Under the pieces are notes generated by a model, which worked only from the letters and a program-made list of their open reading frames with translations, made no database searches and had not been told where the DNA came from. A stretch of DNA of 63,628 bases, the filler included, from Stramenopiles sp. TOSAG23-3 (lineage: Eukaryota), in the NCBI GenBank assembly GCA_900128585.1. It is 14 parts of 14 records of this genome, joined end to end, with 100 filler letters (N's around TTAATTAATTAA, not from the genome) between each part and the next. Parts side by side here need not be neighbours in the genome. Positions count along the whole stretch, not along the records: positions 53,432 to 55,396 come from LT645200.1; positions 55,497 to 57,458 come from LT645201.1; positions 57,559 to 59,517 come from LT645202.1; positions 59,618 to 61,573 come from LT645203.1; positions 61,674 to 63,628 come from LT645204.1; 9 more parts are not named here. One strand, given 5' to 3'. Shown piece by piece: positions 53,742 to 63,628 of this stretch (position 1 is the first letter of the stretch; each line of letters begins with the position of its first letter). The position numbers and the translations under genes were made by a program.

Positions 53742-55331
53742 ATGCCTTCGGACGACGATGACGAGTTTGGGGAAGGTGGTTCGGGGGAAGATTCGGAAGT
53801 GGAGGAGGTCACCCAAGAACAGAAGGACCTTATGCTGTTGGAGGCATGCAAGGTTGGGGACGTCAAGGAGGCGAAACGGTGCGTAAAGGACGGCTCGGTC
53901 GCGACGGCGGTTGCCCCGGACGGGTGGACACCCTTGCTCTGGGCGGCGTGCAACGGCCACGTCGCCTGCGTCCAGTACTTGCTCGACCAGGGGGCCGGGC
54001 AGCAGTACGTCCGGCGGGGGGTTCCCCAAACGGTCGCCCGGGACTCGATGAAGCCGAAGGCAATGGACAAGAACGACACCGTGAACTCCCCGCTGCACTG
54101 GGCCGCGTTCAAGGGGTACCTTCGGATCGTCTGGATCCTCCTCAAGGCCAAGTTCAGCCCGTACGACATCGACGCCTGCGGGAACACCTCCCTCCACCTG
54201 GCCGCCACGGGGGGGAGCGTGGACGTCCTCAAGTGCCTGATGTCCGAAGGTTTCGACCTTTCGGTCCGGAACTGGTACGGGAACACCTCGCTCGACCTTG
54301 CCGACAAGCCCGAGACGAGGGAGCTGCTCCAGAAGGCCACGCGGCAGAAGGAGTGCTACGCGAGCGGGACCGGGTTCTCCGCGGCGGTCCTCCGGTACTT
54401 CTGCACCCACTCCGGGCGGTTCTACTGCGAGGCCGAGACGGTCAGCGACCAGGTCGTCATCGAGGTCGGAAAGGCGGACACCAAGCCCGTCCGGTACTGC
54501 AAGGAGAGCCTTCGGGTCATCATGGGCATCGAGAAGAACCTGACCGAGGCCTGCAAGGGGAAGCTGGACAAGTCCCACCTCGAGGGCCTTCGGCGGAGCG
54601 TCAACGAGGCGGACGCGAACGGGTGCAACGCCCTCCTCGTCCACAAGGGGCGGCGGACGCTGGCCCGCCTGGTCGCCGAGTGCAACCTTCGCGCGGAGAT
54701 GGAGCGCTTGGAGAGCATCCGCCCGCTGAAGAAGCGGGGGGACGTCAAAGGCCTGGTCAAGCTGATCCGGGTCGGCCGAAAGGAGGGCGTCCGGGACGAG
54801 GACGGCATGGAGGAGGCGGACGGGATTCTGGCGGCCCTGGAGGCGGAGGTCACCCTCTCCGGCGCGTTCAGCATGTTCGAGGGCGTCGAGTGCGCCTCGA
54901 ACCAGCACAGCAAAGAGCTTCACAAGCTGGACATGGCGATGGAGGAGGCCGAGGCGTGCGGGTCCCACCCGGGCTTCGTGGGGGAGGTGAAGGCCGTCCA
55001 GAACCGCCTGCACGCGGAGCTGGACCTGGGGAACGTCGTGGCCGCACCGAGCGAGGAAGCGATCGTCGACGAGGAGGGGGAGCCCACGGATTTTGTAAAG
55101 TACGAGATGTGGGACGGGACCGTGTTCAAAACGGACGTCCCCGGGACCTCCGTCAAGTTCTGGGAGTTTCGGTTCAATTTTTTGCTCGGTGCCATCGAGC
55201 GGGGGACGGAGTGCGGCGCGTTCGCGAGCCTGCTCGAGAAGGCCCAGGCCCTCGAGCCGGAGTGGGCGGAGACGGTGAAGGAGGAGCAAGCCAAGGAAGT
55301 GGAGCGGTTGGAGGAGGAAGAAAAACGATAA
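53742..55331 (+). CDS. Ankyrin-repeat protein, 529 aa
   Basis: GWTPLLWAACNGH, NSPLHWAAFKGY, GNTSLHLAATGG, GNTSLDLA. Confidence 0.88.
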   Translation: MPSDDDDEFGEGGSGEDSEVEEVTQEQKDLMLLEACKVGDVKEAKRCVKDGSVATAVAPDGWTPLLWAACNGHVACVQYLLDQGAGQQYVRRGVPQTVARDSMKPKAMDKNDTVNSPLHWAAFKGYLRIVWILLKAKFSPYDIDACGNTSLHLAATGGSVDVLKCLMSEGFDLSVRNWYGNTSLDLADKPETRELLQKATRQKECYASGTGFSAAVLRYFCTHSGRFYCEAETVSDQVVIEVGKADTKPVRYCKESLRVIMGIEKNLTEACKGKLDKSHLEGLRRSVNEADANGCNALLVHKGRRTLARLVAECNLRAEMERLESIRPLKKRGDVKGLVKLIRVGRKEGVRDEDGMEEADGILAALEAEVTLSGAFSMFEGVECASNQHSKELHKLDMAMEEAEACGSHPGFVGEVKAVQNRLHAELDLGNVVAAPSEEAIVDEEGEPTDFVKYEMWDGTVFKTDVPGTSVKFWEFRFNFLLGAIERGTECGAFASLLEKAQALEPEWAETVKEEQAKEVERLEEEEKR

Positions 55332-55396
55332 GCCCGTTGACCCCCAACGCCAAGACTACACAGCATATGGGGGTTAGTCAAGGACCGGACCGGACC

Positions 55397-55496
55397 NNNN
55401 NNNNNNNNNNNNNNNNNNNNNNNNNNNNNNNNNNNNNNNNTTAATTAATTAANNNNNNNNNNNNNNNNNNNNNNNNNNNNNNNNNNNNNNNNNNNN
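55397..55496. other. Artificial contig-joining spacer
   Basis: N44-TTAATTAATTAA-N44. Confidence 0.98.
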
Positions 55497-56585
55497 ATTC
55501 TCACTCGGAGTATCTGTACTCCATGTAGCATTTTCAACTCCATCTTCATAAAAACCGTGTGGGCACCCATAATGAACTTTGACTTTAAATTCGTGTTTTA
55601 AAAAAACATTATCACCAAAACCCTGCCAAAATATGTGGTTTATCCTGAGCGGAGATGATGCATCGTTTGGTGCGTAAAATCGAATAGGACCCATTAAATA
55701 ATAATAATATTGGGGGGGGGGGGGATCCTGCGAGTTAGGGTTAAAGTTTTCAAAAACGTCTTCATCGCGACCCATGTACTTCCACCCGTGGGAAATATAG
55801 CATTGCTCCGAATATCGCAAAGGTCTAATATCCCAAGGGTGTTCCCAAATTAACTCCTGGGGCATGGGAAAACTTATTGACTTGTCAAAAACCCACGAGC
55901 TATTATCGTGAGGGGTTGTGCTGCAACTGGGTGAACTTGACACATTTTGGCAGCCTAGGCCGACGCAATATGGGTCGTACTGTCTCTGCACCATCGTCAG
56001 GTTAGTTCCATTTCCTTCCCACAATTGCAACGTTCCCGACCGTAAAGGATCCCACTGCGCGTTCTGTACATCTTCGCAGGTTATAGTTGTTGCCGGTGGA
56101 ACTGTTGTAGTTGTTGCAGGTTGAACTGATGTAGTTGTTGTAGGCTGAGCTGTTGTAGTTGTTGTCGGTTGAACTGTCGTAGTTGCTGTCGGTTGAACTG
56201 TTGTAGTTGTTGTATTTTGAACTGTTGTAGTTGTTGTATTTTGAACTGTTGTAGTTGTTGTATTTTGAACTATTGTCGTTGTTGTCGGTTGAACCGTTGT
56301 AGTTGTTGTAGGTTGATCTGTTGTCGTTGTTGTCGGTTGAGCCGCTGTAGTTGTTGTTGGTTGAACTGTTGTCGTTGTTGTAGGTTGACTGATGTCGCAC
56401 TCATCCGGGGCAGTTTCGCTTTTCACCCATATAAAAAAGTCGTCGGTGTAGCCAGATGCCCTCGTCCACACCTCATCTGGCGGATTTGTAAAAAAAGGAT
56501 CATCGATGATGCCGTGGGAAAAATAAAAATGGCACGTTACACAGAGCACGGCGAAGCACAGGCCGCTGCTTCTACAATAAACCAT
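55497..56585 (-). CDS. Secreted or surface mucin-like protein, 3'-partial
   Basis: Signal-like N-terminus (MVYCRSSGLCFAVLCVTCHFYFSHG), Thr-rich octapeptide array, then a Cys-containing globular region. Confidence 0.75.
56080..56387 (-). repeat. 24-bp coding minisatellite, ~13 x Q[PN]TTTTTV
   Basis: Read directly from the translation. Confidence 0.9.
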
Positions 56586-57422
56586 GGTTGGTGGTAAAAT
56601 AGCGTGGCACGCCCTGGTATGGAAAGACGTAAATCCAGCAGTCACCCTACGAACAAATAGTTGCAATTAACGGTTTGCGAACGGTTGCATATCTAATTAA
56701 AACGTCGTTTGCCTTTCGGTTGCAATGCATGACTCGAACGGCAAAGTAAAATAATACACTCCTCTCTTACTAACTTTTTTTGTTTGTTTTAACAAACACA
56801 ATATATATATCTCATCATCATCATCGGGGATAAATAGATCTCCGCTCCATCCTCCTTTCTTTCTCCTTTTCTCCTTCCTTCTCTCTCCTTCTGTCCTTCA
56901 GAGGAAGGAGGAGGTTTTGGACTATAATCGTGGAATACTTTTATAATATTTTAAATTGTAAATGGATACCTCCTGTCTTAAACTATCGAATAAATAATAC
57001 AATTAAATAACAAAAACAAAACAAGAGACACCTAGCAAGTCCAAATCAACAATATCAATATCAAAATTATTTACAATTTACAATGAACTAACTATAATGT
57101 ACACCTAACAAAACAAAACAAAACTAAACTTCCGTCCCCCTTTCTTCCCGTCGTCCCGTCCCTCTCCCTCCCCCCACAGGTTTTTAAATCTAAATTACAT
57201 TCATTACATAGTCGTTCTACTTAAACACGGTGTCTGGCTGGTTAACATAAAAACCGACATTCTTTTTCGTTCTTCCTTTAAAATATTTTTGAAGGAAGCA
57301 AGTGGTCCATCCATCATCATCGCATCGACGCGATGATGGTATTATTATATAATTATTATATAATTATAATTATTACTTCTTCCTAATTTCCTTTTTTTTA
57401 TCTGTTGTATATTTTCATCGAA

Positions 57423-57458
57423 GTTTTAGTTTTAGTTTTAGTTTTAGTTTTAGTTTTA
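57423..57458. repeat. (GTTTTA)6 hexamer repeat at a contig end
   Basis: Perfect hexamer run that abuts the spacer. Confidence 0.85.
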
Positions 57459-57558
57459 NNNNNNNNNNNNNNNNNNNNNNNNNNNNNNNNNNNNNNNNNN
57501 NNTTAATTAATTAANNNNNNNNNNNNNNNNNNNNNNNNNNNNNNNNNNNNNNNNNNNN
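57459..57558. other. Artificial contig-joining spacer
   Basis: N44-TTAATTAATTAA-N44. Confidence 0.98.
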
Positions 57559-57794
57559 GTGTTGTCCTGTTGTTGCTCCGCTCAGGCACAATCGGAACAA
57601 ACAACAACAAAAAATTGAAGATTTCTTTCAGAATTTGATCATCTAAAGAAGCAGTACTTACGCCAGCGACGCGGTACAGTACAAAGACAATAGTCAAATT
57701 TTAGGAACGCTTTGTTTCTATTCGTCTATTAACATATTAAACTGGACGGGTCGTTAACTCTTCGTCGTTACTCTTGTCGCTCAGCAAACATAAA

Positions 57795-58490
57795 ATGGCA
57801 AAACGCTCCATTGACATGATCGTATTTGGTGGGGGGGGGTACATTGGTTCCGCGATAGTAAGGGAAGGGCGGAAACGCGGCTTGACCATGATTCCATTGG
57901 GGAGGCATGTTAGTGAAAAAGAAGGCCATACTGCGGATGCTCTCGAACCAGAACAGTACCGGGATCTTCTGAAAGAAGCGAAAGGAATCGCTGTCAGTAT
58001 TGGGACACCACCGTTTCCGTGGCCCATCAGTAGAATATCAAATGAACAAAGAATACTAATTAATGGGCATGCAAATCGTATTCCAATAGAGACGGCCGCG
58101 GAAGAAGGTGTAGAAAATATCGTGTTGGTGAACGCTGCGATGCCATCTTGGTTGAACTCTATGGTACCCGGGTACTATCAAGGCAAAATGCTCGCAAGGC
58201 AAACGTGCGAAAAGCTGGAGGCGGACAAAGCTTACAGTGAGAAAACCAAGATTCACGTGCTTCAACCCGGCGCAATCTACTCCAACAGTAGGATGGACAG
58301 AGCCCCAGGGCTACTGTTTGGGCCTCTGCGCTTCTTTTTGACGTCTTCCGTAGGGATCAGTTTTTCCTCCTTTTTGATCAATATTCTGCCTGGTGTATTC
58401 AAAGGACTTCTAGACGCACCGCCAGTCCACGTTGATGACTTGAGTAAGCAGATCATCGATGCGTACCTTGCCAGTGCGTCCAAAGCTTGA
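57795..58490 (+). CDS. NAD(P)-binding Rossmann-fold protein (atypical SDR / epimerase-like), 231 aa
   Basis: IVFGGGGYIGSAIVR, INGHAN, GYYQGK (YxxxK), LQPGAIYS, PPVHVDDL. Confidence 0.8.
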   Translation: MAKRSIDMIVFGGGGYIGSAIVREGRKRGLTMIPLGRHVSEKEGHTADALEPEQYRDLLKEAKGIAVSIGTPPFPWPISRISNEQRILINGHANRIPIETAAEEGVENIVLVNAAMPSWLNSMVPGYYQGKMLARQTCEKLEADKAYSEKTKIHVLQPGAIYSNSRMDRAPGLLFGPLRFFLTSSVGISFSSFLINILPGVFKGLLDAPPVHVDDLSKQIIDAYLASASKA

Positions 58491-58674
58491 GACATTTGTA
58501 CAGTATATTTTCTGCTGCAAAGCACGGCAAGACCAGTAAATCGGCATCGTCAGTACTTGAAGGATCTAAAATAAAAACAAAACAATGACTGTTATTTTTA
58601 AGATTGAAAAAAATTCGCTTTACGATATACTGCTAGTTACTTTTTTTAAGTTTTGCGTTGTAATTAATTTCTTA

Positions 58675-59145
58675 GATTTCATTTTCGCGGTATATGATGA
58701 AGATAAATTTTAATTACTTAAATATTTAACAGCCAATTTTTGTTTTTAAATAAAATTACTTTTATATAATTGAGATAGTCAAGACTAAGTGACAAGGGTG
58801 TATTGATAAGCAAAATCTCGGGAGCAGAGATAAGTTCGCAGTATATAAAGGATATAATTTATCATAGATAAACCGAGAAGAAGAAAGATCTATATCAATA
58901 TATTATCAGCTCATTTTTCTTATTTTATTTTATGCGATCAAATGGAAACATATTTTTTTAAAAACAAATTATATATTATAGTACATATTTACTTTAAAAA
59001 CAAAAAAATTGTCTCAGTTATTTAAAAGTAAATTTAAATTTTCTCTTTTTCATATACCACACGAAAGTGAATCTGCTCCTTTTGTCCATTAGATTAGAGG
59101 TTTACGATCCTTCATATAGCCCCATACTGCGAATTTATCTCTGCT
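58675..59145. repeat. Cluster of degenerate fragments of the dispersed element in both orientations
   Basis: 58693..58750 matches 51535..51594; 59062..59086 matches 2699..2723 (24/25); 58823..58844 is an inverted match to 59124..59145 (21/22). Confidence 0.7.
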
Positions 59146-59268
59146 TTCTGTAATATGTTATTCAAGATACACTGAATTTTGGTTTTTTTTCTTCTTCGGA
59201 AGACGAGGATATACGAAGTATATAATACTACCCGATCTCCTGGATCTTTGCGTTTATTTTTCCCTCTG

Positions 59269-59517
59269 CTACCCGCCTGACCGGCGGGCTCCCCGTCTCA
59301 GTTTGGCGTAAGCACTCATTATGCGTTGAAACCTGTCGGAACATTCCTTCCTTTTTTCTTCGGACAGCTGCATGTTATGGTCGGGATGCCATCGATGCGC
59401 ATTTTTTCTAAATGCCCCCGAAATCTCTTTTACGCTTGGAGCAGGTTGTTTCGCTAACCCGAGTATCTGGTAATCATCTAAATGCTTCCAATTGCGGGGC
59501 GGGGGTGGGGGGGGGGG
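59269..59517 (-). CDS. C-terminal DnaJ (J-domain) protein fragment, 5'-partial; absent from the ORF track
   Basis: Manual translation gives DDYQILGL...KEISGAFRKNAHRWHPDHN...RFQRIMSAYAKL, with an intact HPD. Confidence 0.85.
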   Translation of the reverse strand, partial: PPPPPPPRNWKHLDDYQILGLAKQPAPSVKEISGAFRKNAHRWHPDHNMQLSEEKRKECSDRFQRIMSAYAKLRRGARRSGG

Positions 59518-59617
59518 NNNNNNNNNNNNNNNNNNNNNNNNNNNNNNNNNNNNNNNNNNNNTTAATTAATTAANNNNNNNNNNNNNNNNNNNNNNNNNNN
59601 NNNNNNNNNNNNNNNNN
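59518..59617. other. Artificial contig-joining spacer
   Basis: N44-TTAATTAATTAA-N44. Confidence 0.98.
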
Positions 59618-60926
59618 TATGCTTACTTTTAATTTTTTCAATGGCTACCTTGTGCGCTTCTTGTAACTTTTCAGCAGTCAAATTTCCCTTTGAGGCGCTC
59701 TTTTTCACTGCTTCAACTTGCTTTTCCAAATATAGTTTTTCTTCATTTGCTGCTTGAAGTTTGTCCGCCATTTTCTTCGATGCAGAATCGGCTTTTTTCT
59801 GTGCCTCTTGTTGCTTCGCGGTGAGCCCGTCAATTTCTTTCTTGTGCGCAGCTATCAGCTCCTGCTGCTTGCTATCATGACCATTCGACAACGATTCGTT
59901 TGCTGCACGAGATCGTTTGAGTTCTTCCAGGCATTTTTGGTTTTCTTCCAAGAGACCTTTCACTTTCTTATTATGGCTTATCAAAACTGTCTCTGCCTTT
60001 TCAGCGGCCTGTTTTCCAAGCAGCTGCATTTGCTTTTCGGCGTCTTCTTTTTCACGAGAGATTTCAGTGTGCTTGTCTTTCAGCACACTGATCTCAACTC
60101 GCAACTCTGATATTGTATTCTCGGCCTTGATCATCATTTCTTTTATCTCCTTGCCGGTGTGCTCAGTGGGTGGGGGGGGGCTGCTGGATGCGCTCGCCAA
60201 CGCTGCTTCTAAATCCTCGATTTTTTTCTGAAGAGCGGTTTCCTTTCTTTCTACTTTTTTCTGGTTCAACCGCTGCACTGCTGCCACGTCTTCCTTCACG
60301 CGCTTCGCACGTTCCAACGATTTCTTCTGCTTCTCTTCCAACTTATGCATTTCCTTTCTTTGCGAAGCTATCGTTTCATTAGCGGCGTTAAGATCGCTCT
60401 CTAAAACATGTGCCAACTTAATTTTTGAAGCCAAATCTTCCTTCACCCTTTCCAGGTCTGGCGACTCCACGGGCGCTAAGTCCTCCGTATTCAGGCTGCT
60501 GCCTTCCCCCGGGGGGGGCGGGCTGGTTTGGGACGTTGCGGCTTCCAGCTGCGCTTTCATTTCTTCGTTCTCCTTTAAAACGTTTTTCATCATATCTTTC
60601 AAGGCTTTGTTTTCTTCTTTGTAATAGTGTCGTGGCGACATACTGACAGGTTCCTCAGCCACGTTGGAAGGCACTTTCTCGGAGTTCGCCGAAACTTGTT
60701 TTTTCCCGTCCGTTACTCCTTCGCCCTCTTCTTCCAGCTCGTCCTCGTCCTCTTCGTATTCATATTCTCCATTCAGCATGTTTGCCGCTTCTTGATCGGC
60801 TGCATCCAGCAAATCTACCGCACTATTTGCCAATGCCGAGGCTGTGTCTTTCAACGGCGTGGTGTAAGCCGACACGGACTCGCTTATTTGGTCAAGCCCA
60901 AGACCACTTGAAAGTGAGCTCCACAT
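59618..60926 (-). CDS. Golgin-like long coiled-coil protein, 3'-partial
   Basis: N-terminal LANSAVDLLDAADQEAA resembles the golgin-84 N-terminal motif; the remainder is E/K/Q-rich heptads. Confidence 0.6.
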
Positions 60927-61490
60927 TATAATTACCTACTTCACTTTGCCAATTGAATTCTATAATAGTGGACAAATCAACGAATTACCAGAATTTCAAT
61001 TCCTATCTTTATTGCTTTATTTTTCACAAGTGTATTGCTAACATTTCTAATAAATTGATCAAACGTGGGTCGATTTTCGGTGGAACAGGCGTACCCTTTT
61101 AGTAACCGTGTAGACGTGTGCAATTAATAACTTCGAAGAAGAACATTAAAAATGTGCAGCCAGTGGTGGTGTTTTTGTTGTAGACGACTCCTCTAAAATA
61201 TAATAAAATATTATTATAAATTAATAATTTAATTGATCAACAATCATTCCTCATCCATCATCATCATCACTCACCACTCTTTTTCGTCATCCCGAAGTCC
61301 ATAGTGTCCATTAGAACGACTAATACTTAATACGGTAAATACCTGGTATTAAAATACCAAAATAGGAAAGCGTTCGTACTTGTTAGCGCACGGACCATAC
61401 GAGGAATACGGTTTTAAAATACCTAAAAAAAAATAGTCGCGGCGTATAACGAACAGCCATTATTTCTCATTATTAGTACTATTATTATAT

Positions 61491-61544
61491 TTTTAAACAA
61501 GAAAATTGGCTGTTATTTAAGTAATTAAATTTAGCGTCCTCATA
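61491..61544. repeat. Dispersed non-coding element copy
   Basis: TTTTAAACAAGAAAATTGGCTGTTATTTAAGTAATTAAATTTAGCGTCCTCATA, a reverse-complement match to 51535..51594. Confidence 0.8.
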
Positions 61545-61573
61545 CCCTAATCCTAACTTGGTTCTGTAGTTTT

Positions 61574-61673
61574 NNNNNNNNNNNNNNNNNNNNNNNNNNN
61601 NNNNNNNNNNNNNNNNNTTAATTAATTAANNNNNNNNNNNNNNNNNNNNNNNNNNNNNNNNNNNNNNNNNNNN
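61574..61673. other. Artificial contig-joining spacer
   Basis: N44-TTAATTAATTAA-N44. Confidence 0.98.
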
Positions 61674-62011
61674 ATTTTTTCCGTCGAAATAGGGAGAGTA
61701 TGTATTTTTTATTAAAATAAAAGAACCCAGTCTCTACCGTATATCTATATAGTAATAGTACATATTAGACTATACGTAAAAGAAGAAGAAAGAAAAAAGC
61801 AAAGCAAAGCTCATATAACATATAACCAGCGTAGTAAGCGAGTAAGTATTTATATCAAAATTCCACTAAATAAAAGATCAAAGAAGAAGAGAGATGAGAT
61901 GGACTGACGCTTCTTTATTCCACTACCCGGTACCGTACCAGTACTCCGTCATAATAATAATAATAATTATTAATATAATACGAAATTCTTCTTCCCCAAA
62001 AGATGAAAGAA

Positions 62012-62012
<1 letters not shown>

Positions 62013-62051
<39 letters not shown>
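62013..62051. repeat. (GA)n microsatellite
   Basis: Perfect dinucleotide run. Confidence 0.9.
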
Positions 62052-62053
<2 letters not shown>

Positions 62054-62349
62054 AAAAGACAAATTTTAATTTAATTCTATCAACTCCATTTTCAGCTTTC
62101 ACACTGTGCGAGTTCGGGATTTTAACGCGGGTCGACCGATTATAGTTGGTAATTTTTTGGGGGGTTTCGCTCGTACACAGGTTTCATTCGTTCATTCCGT
62201 GAGAGTGGGGGAAGGGAAGGCTTTGCATCGTATTATATTTGACCGGTAGCGTGGGTGTTAGAACATACCAGAGGGACGGTGGTGGGGTCACTTCAGAGAG
62301 AAAGTGGTAGAAAGTGTGTGTGTGCGCGCGCGCGAGCTAGATTGTCGGG

Positions 62350-63628
62350 ATGGAGAAGAGCGTAGCAGGCAGTGGAAATAGTAACACGGGGGAGGTGCAA
62401 CAGCTTTTGAACGCGGACGTTCCCTCCCGCTTTATTGATTACGTGGTAGTGTGTACCAAGAGAGAGGAAACCATCGGCGACGGGTCCGACGACCCGTGCA
62501 ACGGGGGTCGGTGGGAAACCAAGTTGAAGGTCAACGCAAGATTCCCCGAGGAGGATTGGGACGACGCTCCGTTCCCGAACGCCCTCCCTCTTTTTTGCCT
62601 CCCGACCACGGAGGAGACGGTGGAGTCGTGCCTCTCGGGGGGGGACGGCTCGAAGGACATAGCAGCCAACGAGGCGTTGACGTTCCCGTTCGTGCTCACC
62701 CAGGCGGACGGTAGCCATGTTTTTGGCACGTGCCTGCTGCATGCTGTTGCCAACGGGGAGGGCGAGGAGAGGGCCTCGGAGGCGCTCTGCATCGTTTCGA
62801 AGTGGCCAATGTTCAGTCTGTTTGAGTCTTGCCTTCGCTGGTCCCACGACGTGGCGTTCAAGGCGGAAAGTTGGGGGTCGGTGCAAGCCCTCCGTGTCGT
62901 AGAAGAGTTTTTCTCGAAACTCGTTGCCCTCGTGCTGCCTCCAACCGCCTTGCGCGTTCAGATCAACCTGAAGAGTGACGGACTGGCGACCGTGCAAGAG
63001 TCCATCGGCCGAGACAGAATCGGGCACTCGTTGCCCCTTGTCGACCATTCCTGCTACTACGTGCTGGCCGACCATTTTGACGAAGACAACATCGTGCACA
63101 TCTTGGAGTCGATGATCATGGAGCAAAAGATCCTGATCCACGGAGAGGTGCTGGGGGACATCACGAAGATTTCAGAAGCGCTGCTGTCCCTCTTGTACCC
63201 CCTCCAGTGGCCGTTCGTGTACATTCCGCTGGTGCCCCCGTCCCTTGTCGATTACCTGCACGCTCCCCTCCCGTTTGTCATGGGAATCCATAGCAGCAAT
63301 TTTTTAATGGAGAGCGTCATTCCCGTCATGCCCCAGTGCGTAGTTGTCAATTTAGATCAAAAAGTCGTCATCGACCCGATGCAGCTTCGCCCCTTGCCCG
63401 GGGCAAAGACGTGGAACAGGGAGAACGACACGGAGACGATACCCTCGTTCCCGCCGGAGCTGTCCGCGGCGGTGAAGAGCCACCTAAAAAATGCGATCCG
63501 CACGATTAGAAACCGAAGCGAGGCCCCCGCGCAGTCCATCGTGGACGAGGCGGTCCGGGTGATGCGCAGCGCTGGCCTCTCGCTGATCATATCCCTCCTG
63601 CACGGCGCGAGCGAGTGTATGAAGGCCC
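62350..63628 (+). CDS. DENN-domain Rab GEF, 3'-partial; absent from the ORF track because it runs off the window
   Basis: Manual translation: RFIDYVVV, RFPEEDWDDAPFPNALPLFCLP, FVLTQADGSHVFGTCL, LCIVSKWP, MEQKILI, SLLYPLQWPFVYIPLVP...DYLHAPLPFVMGI. Confidence 0.92.
   Translation, partial: MEKSVAGSGNSNTGEVQQLLNADVPSRFIDYVVVCTKREETIGDGSDDPCNGGRWETKLKVNARFPEEDWDDAPFPNALPLFCLPTTEETVESCLSGGDGSKDIAANEALTFPFVLTQADGSHVFGTCLLHAVANGEGEERASEALCIVSKWPMFSLFESCLRWSHDVAFKAESWGSVQALRVVEEFFSKLVALVLPPTALRVQINLKSDGLATVQESIGRDRIGHSLPLVDHSCYYVLADHFDEDNIVHILESMIMEQKILIHGEVLGDITKISEALLSLLYPLQWPFVYIPLVPPSLVDYLHAPLPFVMGIHSSNFLMESVIPVMPQCVVVNLDQKVVIDPMQLRPLPGAKTWNRENDTETIPSFPPELSAAVKSHLKNAIRTIRNRSEAPAQSIVDEAVRVMRSAGLSLIISLLHGASECMKA

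Noticed and set aside
61544-61558. CCCTAATCCTAA telomere-like words
   Set aside because: Only two imperfect units, not terminal, and contiguous with the dispersed element
19393-61673. Thirteen identical TTAATTAATTAA motifs at regular ~2.07-kb spacing in the second half of the window, superficially like an array
   Set aside because: Each is centred in an exact 100-bp N-padded spacer and the contigs decrease in length, so these are assembly concatenation linkers, not biology
38952-63628. Apparent clustering of RPB1, TAZ, helicase, TGS1 and glycosyltransferase genes as a system
   Set aside because: They are on separate contigs, so adjacency carries no information

Overview
This is eukaryotic nuclear DNA, not one continuous locus. 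It is 14 unrelated contigs (about 19.4 kb, 19.4 kb, then twelve of about 1.96 kb) joined by 13 artificial 100-bp spacers (N44-TTAATTAATTAA-N44). Gene neighbourhood is therefore meaningful only within a contig. The genome is compact and intron-poor (short GT-AG introns), with GC-rich coding islands in very AT-rich spacers. A flagellar gene (CFAP57) and an RPB1 CTD made of YSPTSPA heptads suggest a flagellated protist, probably a stramenopile (inference). Recognisable housekeeping genes include CFAP57, POLR3B, MCM3, RPF1, a TMEM41-like protein, ethanolamine kinase, adenosine deaminase, a PA-TM-RING ligase, RPB1, a CBP/p300-like TAZ fragment, TGS1, a DENN protein and a DnaJ protein. The most interesting signals are: (1) a single ORF fusing a Gemin7-like Sm-fold domain to the cap hypermethylase TGS1; (2) a secreted protein resembling ciliate trichocyst matrix proteins; (3) a prokaryote/virus-like SF2 helicase filling an AT-richer contig; (4) a GT4 glycosyltransferase fused to a 2OG-Fe(II) oxygenase; (5) a 915-aa protein with an unrecognised ~50-aa repeat; (6) a dispersed, partly palindromic non-coding element found on six contigs. 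All family assignments come from motif recognition by eye, not from database searches.
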